A DNA stretch of 64,000 bases, from the NCBI GenBank assembly GCA_002796125.1, contig PCWA01000075.1, positions 10,317 through 74,316 of the forward strand, read 5' to 3'. Under the pieces are notes generated by a model. That model made no database searches, was not told the origin of the DNA, and worked only from the letters and a program-made list of their open reading frames with translations. Each line of letters starts with the position of its first letter. The first letter of the stretch is position 1. Shown here one piece after another: positions 18,019 through 26,684 of this stretch. A program made the position numbers and the translations under genes. This DNA is from Candidatus Ghiorseimicrobium undicola (GTDB lineage: Bacteria; Omnitrophota; Gorgyraeia; Ghiorseimicrobiales; Ghiorseimicrobiaceae).

Positions 18019-19731
18019 TTATTCGCCTTCGCTGGTAACGCGCAAAACCTCTTCTATGGACGTAATGCCTTTAGAAAGCTTTAAATGGGCGTCTTGCCTT
18101 AAAGTGATCATGCCGCACTTAGAAACCGCGTATTCTTTTATTTTATCCATAGAATGCCTATTTATGATCATTGTCCTTATTTGGTCATCTATTTCGAATA
18201 TTTCCAATATCCCTATTCTACCAAAATACCCGGTATTATTGCAATAGTCGCATCCTTTGCCATGATAAAAAACCGCATCTTTATCTATAGCCATTCCCAG
18301 CTTAGCCAAAACCTCCCTGGATATATTTTGTACTTCTTTGCAACGGGGGCAAAGAGTACGTACGAGCCTTTGCGCGCAAGCCATAATTACGCTTGAAGCC
18401 ACCAGAAACGGCTCAACATTCATATCAATAAGGCGGCTGATTATGCCTATGGCATCATTGGTATGCAAAGTAGACAAAACTAATTGCCCGGTCAAAGCGG
18501 CCTTGACAGCTATATCTGCCGTCTCGGAATCACGTATCTCGCCAATCATTATTACATCCGGGCTCTGGCGCAGCAGAGAACGTAAGCCGGAAGCAAAAGT
18601 AAGGCCTGCCTCGCTATTAACCTGAATCTGCGTAATGCCCTCTACCTGATACTCTACGGGATCTTCGATAGTAATAATATTCCTCTCCGGAGTGTTTAAC
18701 TGGCTTAAAACAGAATAGAGCGTGGTTGATTTACCGGAGCCGGTAGGCCCGGTCACTAAAATCATTCCATAAGGCTTGCTTACCGCCTTTTTAAATAAAG
18801 CTAAAGGCCTCTGGCTAAACCCCAGGCTGTCCAGCCCTATAGAAAGATTGGATTTATCTAATATCCTTAAGACAAATTTTTGTCCAAAAATAGTAGGCAG
18901 GGCGGAAACACGAAAATCCACCTCCTTGCCTTCCATGCGGATCTTAAACCTACCGTCCTGAGGAACGCGTGATTCTGTAATATTCAGCCCGGAAATTATC
19001 TTTATGCGGGCAAGAACCGCGTTTTGATTGGCCTTTGGTAAAGTAAAAGCATCCTGCAATTCTCCGTCAATACGATAGCGTACACGCAACGCCCTTTCTT
19101 CCGGCTCGATATGTATATCGGAAGAACGGCGTTTTAAAGCCTGGGCTATCATTAAATCTACAATTTTGACAATCGGCGCTTTTTTACTCTCTGCCAAAGT
19201 ATCGGCTAAATCAATGGATATGCCAAGATCCGCCTCTTTATGCACTATATCCTGAGATTCAGAAACATTCTTTAAAATATCGGTTATGCTTTCTTTGTCC
19301 GATTTATAATAATTGGCTATTGCTTTGGAAATTTCAGAATCCAAACACATAACTGGCTGTATTTCGTAATTTGTCAGCATCTTTAAATCATCCAGAGCAA
19401 AAATATTCAGCGGATCGCTCATAGCGACTGTCAGGACATTGCCGATTTTTGATATCGCGATTAAGTGATACTGGCGGGCGATACGCTCCGGGATTAAATC
19501 TATCGTATCCTTATTTATTTTATAACGCGATAAATCTAACGGTGGGATATAAAGCTCTTTTGAAAGCAGAGAAAAAAGTTCTTCTTCTTTTACAAATCCG
19601 CCGTCTATCAAAAGCTGCTTGATGTTTACGCCTTTTTCTTCCTGCAGTTTCAATATTTTTTTCATCTGGGACTGATTAATGAGCTTATTATCAATAAGTA
19701 TTTTAATCAGTTTTTCCTGTAATGTGGCCAT
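18019..19731 (-). CDS. pilB: type IV pilus assembly ATPase PilB (GspE family), copy 1
   Basis: N-terminal GspE-N domain, Walker A GPTGSGKSTTLYS, Walker B, His box, and C-terminal CxxC...CxxC zinc motif. Confidence 0.85.
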   Translation of the reverse strand: MATLQEKLIKILIDNKLINQSQMKKILKLQEEKGVNIKQLLIDGGFVKEEELFSLLSKELYIPPLDLSRYKINKDTIDLIPERIARQYHLIAISKIGNVLTVAMSDPLNIFALDDLKMLTNYEIQPVMCLDSEISKAIANYYKSDKESITDILKNVSESQDIVHKEADLGISIDLADTLAESKKAPIVKIVDLMIAQALKRRSSDIHIEPEERALRVRYRIDGELQDAFTLPKANQNAVLARIKIISGLNITESRVPQDGRFKIRMEGKEVDFRVSALPTIFGQKFVLRILDKSNLSIGLDSLGFSQRPLALFKKAVSKPYGMILVTGPTGSGKSTTLYSVLSQLNTPERNIITIEDPVEYQVEGITQIQVNSEAGLTFASGLRSLLRQSPDVIMIGEIRDSETADIAVKAALTGQLVLSTLHTNDAIGIISRLIDMNVEPFLVASSVIMACAQRLVRTLCPRCKEVQNISREVLAKLGMAIDKDAVFYHGKGCDYCNNTGYFGRIGILEIFEIDDQIRTMIINRHSMDKIKEYAVSKCGMITLRQDAHLKLSKGITSIEEVLRVTSEGE

Positions 19732-19792
19732 AAAATAGTTATGCGTTGTGAGTTATGGGTATTGAGTTTAAAAATCCATAAGTTTTGACTTT

Positions 19793-21514
19793 TTATTTCT
19801 CATCTGCTGCGGTAACCTTCAACACTTCTTCTATAGTGGTTATACCTGCATATGCTTTTTCCATACCGGACTCTCTTAGCGTTTGCATTCCGGAAGCACG
19901 CGCCGATTCTTTTATTTTATGCTCCTCTGCGGCGTTAATAATCAAATCTTTAACCGCTGTATCAAGGGTAAAAATCTCGCCTATGCTGATCCTGCCTTTA
20001 TAGCCGGAATTTAAACAAGCAGCACAGCCCTTGCCTCTATAAAATACCGCCGGTTTGCCTTTGGGGTGTTTTATATTCAGCTTATCTAATGATTCTTCGT
20101 TTAATGTATACGCTTCTTTGCACTTAGGACAAATCACGCGTACCAGCCTTTGGGCAATTGCGCATACCACCGAAGATACAATTAAAAACGGTTCAACCCC
20201 CATATTGACAAGCCGCACTATAGAACCGGCGGCTGTTGTGGTGTGAAGCGTTGAAAGGACTAAATGCCCCGTCAAGGCTGATTTGATAGCTATGTCGGCG
20301 GTATCAAAATCCCTTATCTCTCCCACCATGATTATATCCGGATCCTGACGCAAGATAGAACGAAGGCTGGAAGCAAAAGTCAAGCCGACTTCTTCTCTTA
20401 TGTTAACCTGGTTTATGCCCGCCAACTGGTACTCTACCGGATCTTCAACGGTAATAATATTCAGCTGGGGTTTATTAATAAGATTTAATAAAGAGTATAG
20501 CGTGGTTGTCTTACCGCTGCCTGTTGGCCCGGTCACCAAAATCATACCGTGCGGCCTAAGGGCATTTCGTTTGATTAATTCTAAATCCCGGTTTGAAAAA
20601 CCCAACTGGTCTATATCCAGCGTCGTCGAGCTCCTGTCTAATATGCGCAGGGCGGCTTTTTCGCCAAAGCTCGACGGCAGTATCGATACGCGGAAATCGA
20701 CTTCCCTTCCCTCAATTCTAATCTTGAATCTGCCGTCCTGCGGTATTCTATGTTCCGATATATTAAGGTTGGATATGACCTTTATGCGTGAAATAATGGA
20801 AGCATGTAAAGATTTTGGGGGCGATTCCTTTTCCCGCAATGAGCCGTCTACCCTGAAACGTATACGCATAGCACGGTCAAACGGTTCAATTAATATATCC
20901 GACGCCTTTAACTTTATCGCGTCTTCCAATATCATATTAGTAATTTTAATAACCGGGGCTTCCTGGCTTAACTGGATAAGAGTGCCGGCATCAAGGCTAT
21001 CTTCTTTATCATCTTTTTTTATTAATTCAATCTGAAAATCCGATATATCCTTAAGTACCGTATTAAATGTACTTTGATCGCTGGAGCCGTAATACCTCTC
21101 CAGGGAAGCGGCTATGTCCTCAGATGAAGCTATTAACGGTATAATTTTATAACCTGTGAGGGCGCGAATATCATCTATGACAAATATATCCAGCGGGTCA
21201 GCCATGACTACCGTCAAAAAATCTTTTCTCTTGGATAAAGGGATAATTTGATAATGCCGGGCGGTTTGGGCGGGAATAGTTTCCAGAATCTCCGGTTCGA
21301 TCTCCAGCTGGGAAAGCTCGATACAGGGGAATCCTAACCCCTGGCTCAGAACAGATACCAAATCTTTTTCATTAATAAATTTCAGCCCTATTAATATATC
21401 TCTTAATTTCCCGCCCTTTTCTTTTTGAACCTGCAAAGCCGTTTTTAATTGTTCTTCATTTATCAGGTTATTTTTTAACAATATTTCTGAAAGGCGGTCC
21501 TTTAAAGAAGGCAT
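19793..21514 (-). CDS. PilB/GspE/MshE-like secretion ATPase, copy 2 (paralog)
   Basis: Same architecture, Walker A GPTGSGKTTTLYS and a tetracysteine motif. The N-terminus RLSEILLKNNLINEEQLKTALQVQ resembles the MshEN c-di-GMP-binding motif. Confidence 0.8.
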   Translation of the reverse strand: MPSLKDRLSEILLKNNLINEEQLKTALQVQKEKGGKLRDILIGLKFINEKDLVSVLSQGLGFPCIELSQLEIEPEILETIPAQTARHYQIIPLSKRKDFLTVVMADPLDIFVIDDIRALTGYKIIPLIASSEDIAASLERYYGSSDQSTFNTVLKDISDFQIELIKKDDKEDSLDAGTLIQLSQEAPVIKITNMILEDAIKLKASDILIEPFDRAMRIRFRVDGSLREKESPPKSLHASIISRIKVISNLNISEHRIPQDGRFKIRIEGREVDFRVSILPSSFGEKAALRILDRSSTTLDIDQLGFSNRDLELIKRNALRPHGMILVTGPTGSGKTTTLYSLLNLINKPQLNIITVEDPVEYQLAGINQVNIREEVGLTFASSLRSILRQDPDIIMVGEIRDFDTADIAIKSALTGHLVLSTLHTTTAAGSIVRLVNMGVEPFLIVSSVVCAIAQRLVRVICPKCKEAYTLNEESLDKLNIKHPKGKPAVFYRGKGCAACLNSGYKGRISIGEIFTLDTAVKDLIINAAEEHKIKESARASGMQTLRESGMEKAYAGITTIEEVLKVTAADEK

Positions 21515-21622
21515 GTGCGCTCACTTTGCTCAGGAAAATCCGGGCACCGGCAGGCAGCAGGCAGAAAAAATCTCAAATCCTGATTACCGGGCCCTGCCCA
21601 ATAAAGTACAAATGGCTTTTGG

Positions 21623-22084
21623 CTATTTTTTATAAAATCTTTCGATAGCATTTTTTATATCGGTAGTGGTGCTTATAAAAATCTGCACGGTAGAATTAGC
21701 TAACAGCTCAATGTCATCTACAGCCTGCAGGTTAAGGGGATTAGACATGGCGACTGTTAAATTACTCCCTATTTTATCGATCGCGATCAGGCAATATTGT
21801 TTAGCCACATTATAAGGAACAATCCGCACAATATCGGTATCTATCTCATAATTTGCCAAGGGAAGATACGGAAAACCATACTGCGCGGTAAGCGCCTGAG
21901 CAATAGCCTCTTCCGTAACAAAACCCAGGCTTACAAGAATTTCGCCTACCAGCCCGCCTTTCTCCTTTTGAAGATTAAGGGCTTCAATAAGCTGGCGCTG
22001 CGAAATCATATTTCGCTCAACTAATAACTCGCCTAATTGTTTAGGATTAATCCGCCTTAAAGGTAACGGCATATTTTTAATCAA
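21623..22084 (-). CDS. standalone GspE N-terminal (T2SSE_N / MshEN-like) domain protein
   Basis: 153 aa. KQLGELLVERNMISQRQLIEALNLQ...GFVTEEAIAQALTAQYGFPYLPL...VAKQYCLIAIDKIGSNLTVAMSNPLNLQAVDDIE aligns along its length with the N-domains of the two PilB paralogs. No ATPase domain. Confidence 0.6.
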   Translation of the reverse strand: MIKNMPLPLRRINPKQLGELLVERNMISQRQLIEALNLQKEKGGLVGEILVSLGFVTEEAIAQALTAQYGFPYLPLANYEIDTDIVRIVPYNVAKQYCLIAIDKIGSNLTVAMSNPLNLQAVDDIELLANSTVQIFISTTTDIKNAIERFYKK

Positions 22085-23457
22085 GAAGCTAATAAGTCCT
22101 TCACTTTATTAATTAAATCTGTTGCGTTAATTCCGTCTATAGGATTTTCGCTGACAGCACGGTTCAACGTAATTCTTTTTTTGACGTCCGTTTCTTCGCC
22201 ATATATATACTCTATCTTTTTTACCATATCTTGGGCGATATTTTCAGCCTGGCGCTTGTTTTTTTCAGGGAGAACTATAGCAAATTCACTGTCTGAGAAC
22301 CTGGCAGCTTTATCTATTTCTCCGATATTGCTTTTTATAATCATGGCTATTTTCTTTAATACGGATTCCGCATGCGCAGAACCGAAATTCGCGCAAAACT
22401 CTTTATAACGATTAATACTTAAAACAATAAAAGCGCACGGCCTTTGGCTTATTATGGCCCTCTTTATTTCTTCTTCCAGCCTTTCCTTTATAAAAGAAGA
22501 ATTGTAAAGTCCGGTTAAAGCATCCTTAACTTCAAGGCGATTGATATGATTCAAAAGTATATCATTCTCTATGGCGATAGTTATTTGTTTTACAAAGATA
22601 TCGATAAGCTTAAAATTATCATCCCGGTATTCCAAATTTCTGTCATTTCCTATGCCGGCCAAGCCAAATACCTTGCCATGAACATATATAGGCGCGATAA
22701 CAGCGTCTGTCAGAGCGAATATGCGCCTAAACTCATCAATCATTTTATTGGGCGGCACTTTCTTGTTCAACGCAAATGTTTTTCTATCTTTTAAAACTTT
22801 GGCGAATATATTATCCGATGCCGCATTAAACTCCCTATTCAACAAATAGTCGGAATTAATGCCGTAGATAGATTTTACCAATATTTTTTCTTCCTGTTTC
22901 AGCAGTAAAAATGCCGAATCTGAATCGCCTATCTGCAGCATTTTTTCTACGCTTAGATCTAATGTCTCATTAATATCGGCGCCTTCGGAAATAAACGAAC
23001 TTACCTGTAAAAGGCTGGAGAGAATAACCACCTTACGGTTAATTTCCAGATTTATTTCTTTAGTTTCCTGGCCGTATTTTTCAAGCTCCCTCATATTATT
23101 TTTTATGCGGCAAGTCAACTGCTGCAAGGCATCTTCCAAATCACCGATTTCATCATCGCGTTTTGCCCGGGATACATAATCAACTTCACCTCTGGCTATG
23201 TCCTTCGCTTTGGAAGAAATATTAATTATGGGGTCTATAACCTGCTTAATTATAAAAAAACCGCTTACAGCCACAAAAATACTTATACAAACCAATAAAT
23301 AAATATTTGATTTAATGCCTATGGTGGGAAGCATATAAGTCGAAATTACATATATGGATATCAATAACGGCAACACAGACATAAGATAAAAACTTATGCG
23401 CAATTTATACCGTAAGCCGCGTGACGACAAGGATAATTGTTTTAAAATATTTTTCAT
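22081..23457 (-). CDS. membrane sensor with HAMP-like, GAF-like and a degenerate GGDEF domain (SDSEF in place of GGDEF)
   Basis: Two N-terminal TM helices. DALTGLYNSSFIKERLEEE...ARFSDSEFAIVLPE matches the GGDEF domain layout but with the active-site GG(D/E)EF replaced. Confidence 0.65.
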   Translation of the reverse strand: MKNILKQLSLSSRGLRYKLRISFYLMSVLPLLISIYVISTYMLPTIGIKSNIYLLVCISIFVAVSGFFIIKQVIDPIINISSKAKDIARGEVDYVSRAKRDDEIGDLEDALQQLTCRIKNNMRELEKYGQETKEINLEINRKVVILSSLLQVSSFISEGADINETLDLSVEKMLQIGDSDSAFLLLKQEEKILVKSIYGINSDYLLNREFNAASDNIFAKVLKDRKTFALNKKVPPNKMIDEFRRIFALTDAVIAPIYVHGKVFGLAGIGNDRNLEYRDDNFKLIDIFVKQITIAIENDILLNHINRLEVKDALTGLYNSSFIKERLEEEIKRAIISQRPCAFIVLSINRYKEFCANFGSAHAESVLKKIAMIIKSNIGEIDKAARFSDSEFAIVLPEKNKRQAENIAQDMVKKIEYIYGEETDVKKRITLNRAVSENPIDGINATDLINKVKDLLAS

Positions 23458-23520
23458 AGTTCACTCCTTTTATGATTCCACCGCAGCGGAAATCCTAAAA
23501 TGTTTCTATTTATATAATAT

Positions 23521-23549
23521 ATAGTATTCTATATTTTAGATACTGTCAA
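23521..23549 (-). promoter_or_regulatory. Putative sigma70-type promoter for the GGDEF-like/MshEN-like/pilB2/pilB1/HD-GYP/pilC gene run
   Basis: On the minus strand: TTGACA, 17 nt, TACTAT. An AAAGGAGTG RBS lies 5 nt before the ATG of the GGDEF-like gene. Coordinates approximate. Confidence 0.4.
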
Positions 23550-23566
23550 TATATCTAACCCAAGCG

Positions 23567-23800
23567 GTAGTATACGGAAAATTATGTAAATTCGCCTGCT
23601 GGCTTGGGCTGATTTTGAGCAGGGCGTAACGCAGGCCGAGCGGGCAAGGTTCGCCTTTGATTGCATATTGGCGAGAGCGAGGCCGAGTAGCCGAGCGCGA
23701 TTTTCCACGCTGGGGAAAATCGCGCGTCCCCGCGAAAAATAAGGTCAAGCCAGCGGCCATATTAATCCGCTATAATTTACACAATTTATTCTACACAACC
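23567..23800 (+). mobile_element. MITE-like repeat family A, copy 2 (full length, about 234 bp)
   Basis: Matches 4828-5049 (reverse complement) and 41176-41322. Terminal inverted repeats and internal hairpins. The 74-aa track ORF inside it is considered spurious. Confidence 0.7.
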
Positions 23801-23818
23801 AACCCAAGCTATTCCTGC

Positions 23819-25567
23819 CTACTTGCCTGATATATCTATATGACTCCACGGTAAAATCTCATTTTCGCCGATTGCTCTATTTACATAAAATTCCGGGCTT
23901 AGAGATAATGCCTTGAATGCCTCAACCCATAAATTGAAATTAAAATTATCCTGCGTGTTCTTTGGGCTAAAACCGCCCTCCCGGCAATTTATGCCTTGAT
24001 CCTGCCGGCTTAATTTCAACACCTCATAAATCAGCCTGCCGCCTTTTCTGCCCGAGCGCGCCAGCACTGCTTCAATGAAACTTTTTTCTAAACTATGAAA
24101 ATCCATTTTAATTGCCCTGCCATAGCCGGAACTTTTAAGCGCAGAAAGCAAATACCCCCTCTTTTCTTTAAGTAATCCGATATTATTCATTGGCGATCTC
24201 TCAAATGCCGTGTGAGGCTTTGGGATAAAAGAAGAAATACTTATCGTAGCGTTGCCCAGTTTTCCATCAATAGCTTTCCTTAGGCGTACAATTTCTACGG
24301 TCAATTCTATTATTTTCTTAAGATCGTCCCTTGATTCATCGGGTAAACCCATCATAAAATACAATTTGATATGTTTGTACCCCGCCTTGTAAGCATTTCC
24401 TGCAACCTCAAATAATTCATGTATATTAATATCTTTATTTATAGATTTGCGCAACCTATCGCTTCCTGCCTCCGGAGCAAAAGTCAGCCCTGTTTTCTTT
24501 ACAGAATTAAGTAAAAATGGGATATTTTTTATATAATTTTTAATTTTTAAAGAAGGCAGGGATACGCTTATATCTTTACCCTGGAAAGAATCAATAAGAC
24601 TATGCAAAATCTCTAAAATCTTAGGATGGTCTCCGCAGGATAAACCCAAGAGAGAAATCTCTTCATAGCCTGAATTCTTAAGTAAGGCTTCTGCCAATCC
24701 CAATACCTTTTCCTTAGAGCGTATTCTGTATGGATAATAAAAAGCTCTCGCCTGGCAGAAAGCGCAAGCATTAGGACAGCCGCGCATAATCTCCAAAATT
24801 ACGCGGTCATGCACTGTTTGTACATAAGGGACTACCCAGCGTTGCGGAAAAAAAGAATTATCCAGGTTGGAAACAATGCGTTTTTTAATCCTGCGGGGGG
24901 CACATCGATCATTTGGAGAAATACCCTTGATCGTTTGATCATGGTTATATTCCACTTCATAAAGCGACGGCACATAAATTCCCTGTATACCGGCTAGTTC
25001 CTTTAGCAATTCTTTGCGCGGCGCAGCCCTTGATTTAGCGGCCCTAACCTTATCTATCAACTCCACGGCCAGCTCTTCTGCCTCGCCGATAACAAAACAA
25101 TCAAAAAAATCGCTCATTACTTCAGGATTTAGGCAACTGTATCCCCCGCCCACCACGAGGGGATGCGCCTGGCCTCTCTCGCTTTGAAAAATAGGGATAT
25201 TTGAAAGCTCCAGCATCTTTAAGACATTAAGATATGCTAATTCATAAGAAAGAGAGAAGCCCAAAATATCAAATCCAGATAAAGGGCTACCGCTTTCCAG
25301 GGAACTTAAAGCCAGCTTTTCTTCATGAATTATCTTCTCCAGGTCTTCTCCCGGTAAAAAAACCCTCTCACAGCAAACATCATCAATTTCATTAAATAAA
25401 CCGTAGATTATCCGGAATCCCAGATGGCTCATCCCTATTTCATAGATATCAGGAAAACATAAAGCCGCGCGAATCTTAATCTGTTCCGGATTCTTCCGCA
25501 CAACATTATATTCACTGCCCAGATAACGCCCCGGTTTATAAACTTTTTCTAAAATTTTATCGTCCAT
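23819..25567 (-). CDS. TIGR03960-family radical SAM protein (usual partner of DUF2344/TIGR03936)
   Basis: MDDKILEKVYKPGRYLGSEYN... N-terminus typical of this family. CxxxCxxC cluster RGCPNACAFCQA. 582 aa. Confidence 0.75.
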   Translation of the reverse strand: MDDKILEKVYKPGRYLGSEYNVVRKNPEQIKIRAALCFPDIYEIGMSHLGFRIIYGLFNEIDDVCCERVFLPGEDLEKIIHEEKLALSSLESGSPLSGFDILGFSLSYELAYLNVLKMLELSNIPIFQSERGQAHPLVVGGGYSCLNPEVMSDFFDCFVIGEAEELAVELIDKVRAAKSRAAPRKELLKELAGIQGIYVPSLYEVEYNHDQTIKGISPNDRCAPRRIKKRIVSNLDNSFFPQRWVVPYVQTVHDRVILEIMRGCPNACAFCQARAFYYPYRIRSKEKVLGLAEALLKNSGYEEISLLGLSCGDHPKILEILHSLIDSFQGKDISVSLPSLKIKNYIKNIPFLLNSVKKTGLTFAPEAGSDRLRKSINKDINIHELFEVAGNAYKAGYKHIKLYFMMGLPDESRDDLKKIIELTVEIVRLRKAIDGKLGNATISISSFIPKPHTAFERSPMNNIGLLKEKRGYLLSALKSSGYGRAIKMDFHSLEKSFIEAVLARSGRKGGRLIYEVLKLSRQDQGINCREGGFSPKNTQDNFNFNLWVEAFKALSLSPEFYVNRAIGENEILPWSHIDISGK

Positions 25568-25581
25568 ATTATAAAATTAAA

Positions 25582-26670
25582 TTAGAATACCATTCTCCTT
25601 TTACTTATATTGCCAATAATGCCCAGCCCCATAAAAGTCATAAACATAGAAGTCCCGCCGTAGCTGACTAGAGGCAAAGGGATCCCAACTACCGGCATAA
25701 CTCCTATAGTCATGCATATGTTAACAACTACCTGAAAGAATATTACTGACATTATGCCTATTATTAATAAGCGCCCAAAAGGGTCCTTTGTAGAATAAAT
25801 AATTTTGATGCACTCATTAAACAACATATAGAAAATAGCCAGCAATATGAAAGATCCTATCAGGCCCATAGATTCAGCGAAACAGCTAAAAATAAAATCC
25901 GTATGCCGTTCGGGAAGAAAATTAAGCGTATTTTGCGTCCCGGAAAGCCAGCCCAAGCCAAAAAGCCTGCCGGAACCAACAGCAATTTTAGATTGGATAA
26001 CCGTATATCCCGCGCCCAAAGGGTCAAGATTGGGATTAATAAAAACCAATAGCCTTTCCTTTTGATAATCTTTCAGAAAATGCCAGGCGACAGGCAATGA
26101 AATAAGATTTAACGCCAATAGTGAAAATACATATCTTTTCTTTACTCCCGCAACAAAAATCAAAGCAATAAAAACAAATATAAATATAATTGCCGTCCCC
26201 AAATCAGGCTGCTGCATGATTAATAATGCGGGAAAAGCTACAAGCAATGCCGGGATAAACACCGTTCTAAAAAAACCCGTATCCCTTATTCTTAATTTCA
26301 CATTATAAGCGTCCTTTTGGCTAAAATAACGCGCAAGGCATAAAATCACGGAAAATTTCGCCAGTTCAGAGGGCTGAAAATTGAAAACCCCTAACTCAAG
26401 CCAGCGCTGCGCGCCTAATTTAACCCGTCCGGATACGAGAACAAGGACAAGAAAAACTATGCTTAACAGATAAAACCCAAAAGCTAAGTCATAGAATTTA
26501 CGGTAATTAAAATTATAAAAAATAAAAAATGCGCCTATCCCAAAAAACAGCCATAAAAATTGGCGAAAAAATATAGCACCGTCTTTATGCGAAGTGCTGT
26601 ATATGGTCAAAAGACCTATAATAGCTATAACAAGGGCAATAATGAATAATCTTCGCGCGTTTCTATCCAT
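25582..26670 (-). CDS. rodA: peptidoglycan glycosyltransferase RodA (SEDS family)
   Basis: 10-TM SEDS protein. Canonical position after mrdA in the mreBCD-mrdA-rodA operon. Confidence 0.85.
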   Translation of the reverse strand: MDRNARRLFIIALVIAIIGLLTIYSTSHKDGAIFFRQFLWLFFGIGAFFIFYNFNYRKFYDLAFGFYLLSIVFLVLVLVSGRVKLGAQRWLELGVFNFQPSELAKFSVILCLARYFSQKDAYNVKLRIRDTGFFRTVFIPALLVAFPALLIMQQPDLGTAIIFIFVFIALIFVAGVKKRYVFSLLALNLISLPVAWHFLKDYQKERLLVFINPNLDPLGAGYTVIQSKIAVGSGRLFGLGWLSGTQNTLNFLPERHTDFIFSCFAESMGLIGSFILLAIFYMLFNECIKIIYSTKDPFGRLLIIGIMSVIFFQVVVNICMTIGVMPVVGIPLPLVSYGGTSMFMTFMGLGIIGNISKRRMVF

Positions 26671-26684
26671 TTTAATGTTTAAGT

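Noticed and set aside
20400-21035. 211-aa plus-strand ORF, and similar antisense ORFs such as 10491-10991, 1741-2214, 2709-3167, 48322-48897 and 35838-36308
   Set aside because: All lie antisense inside strongly supported conserved genes (pilB paralog, pilM, proA, proB, kdsD, rnfE). They have low-complexity Ser/Leu/Pro-rich translations and no start-site signals. They are typical shadow ORFs in an AT-rich genome.
23536-23760. 74-aa ORF inside MITE-like copy 2
   Set aside because: It lies wholly within a repeat that occurs in both orientations and with internal deletion elsewhere. The Arg/Pro-rich translation is typical of GC-rich hairpin sequence rather than a protein.
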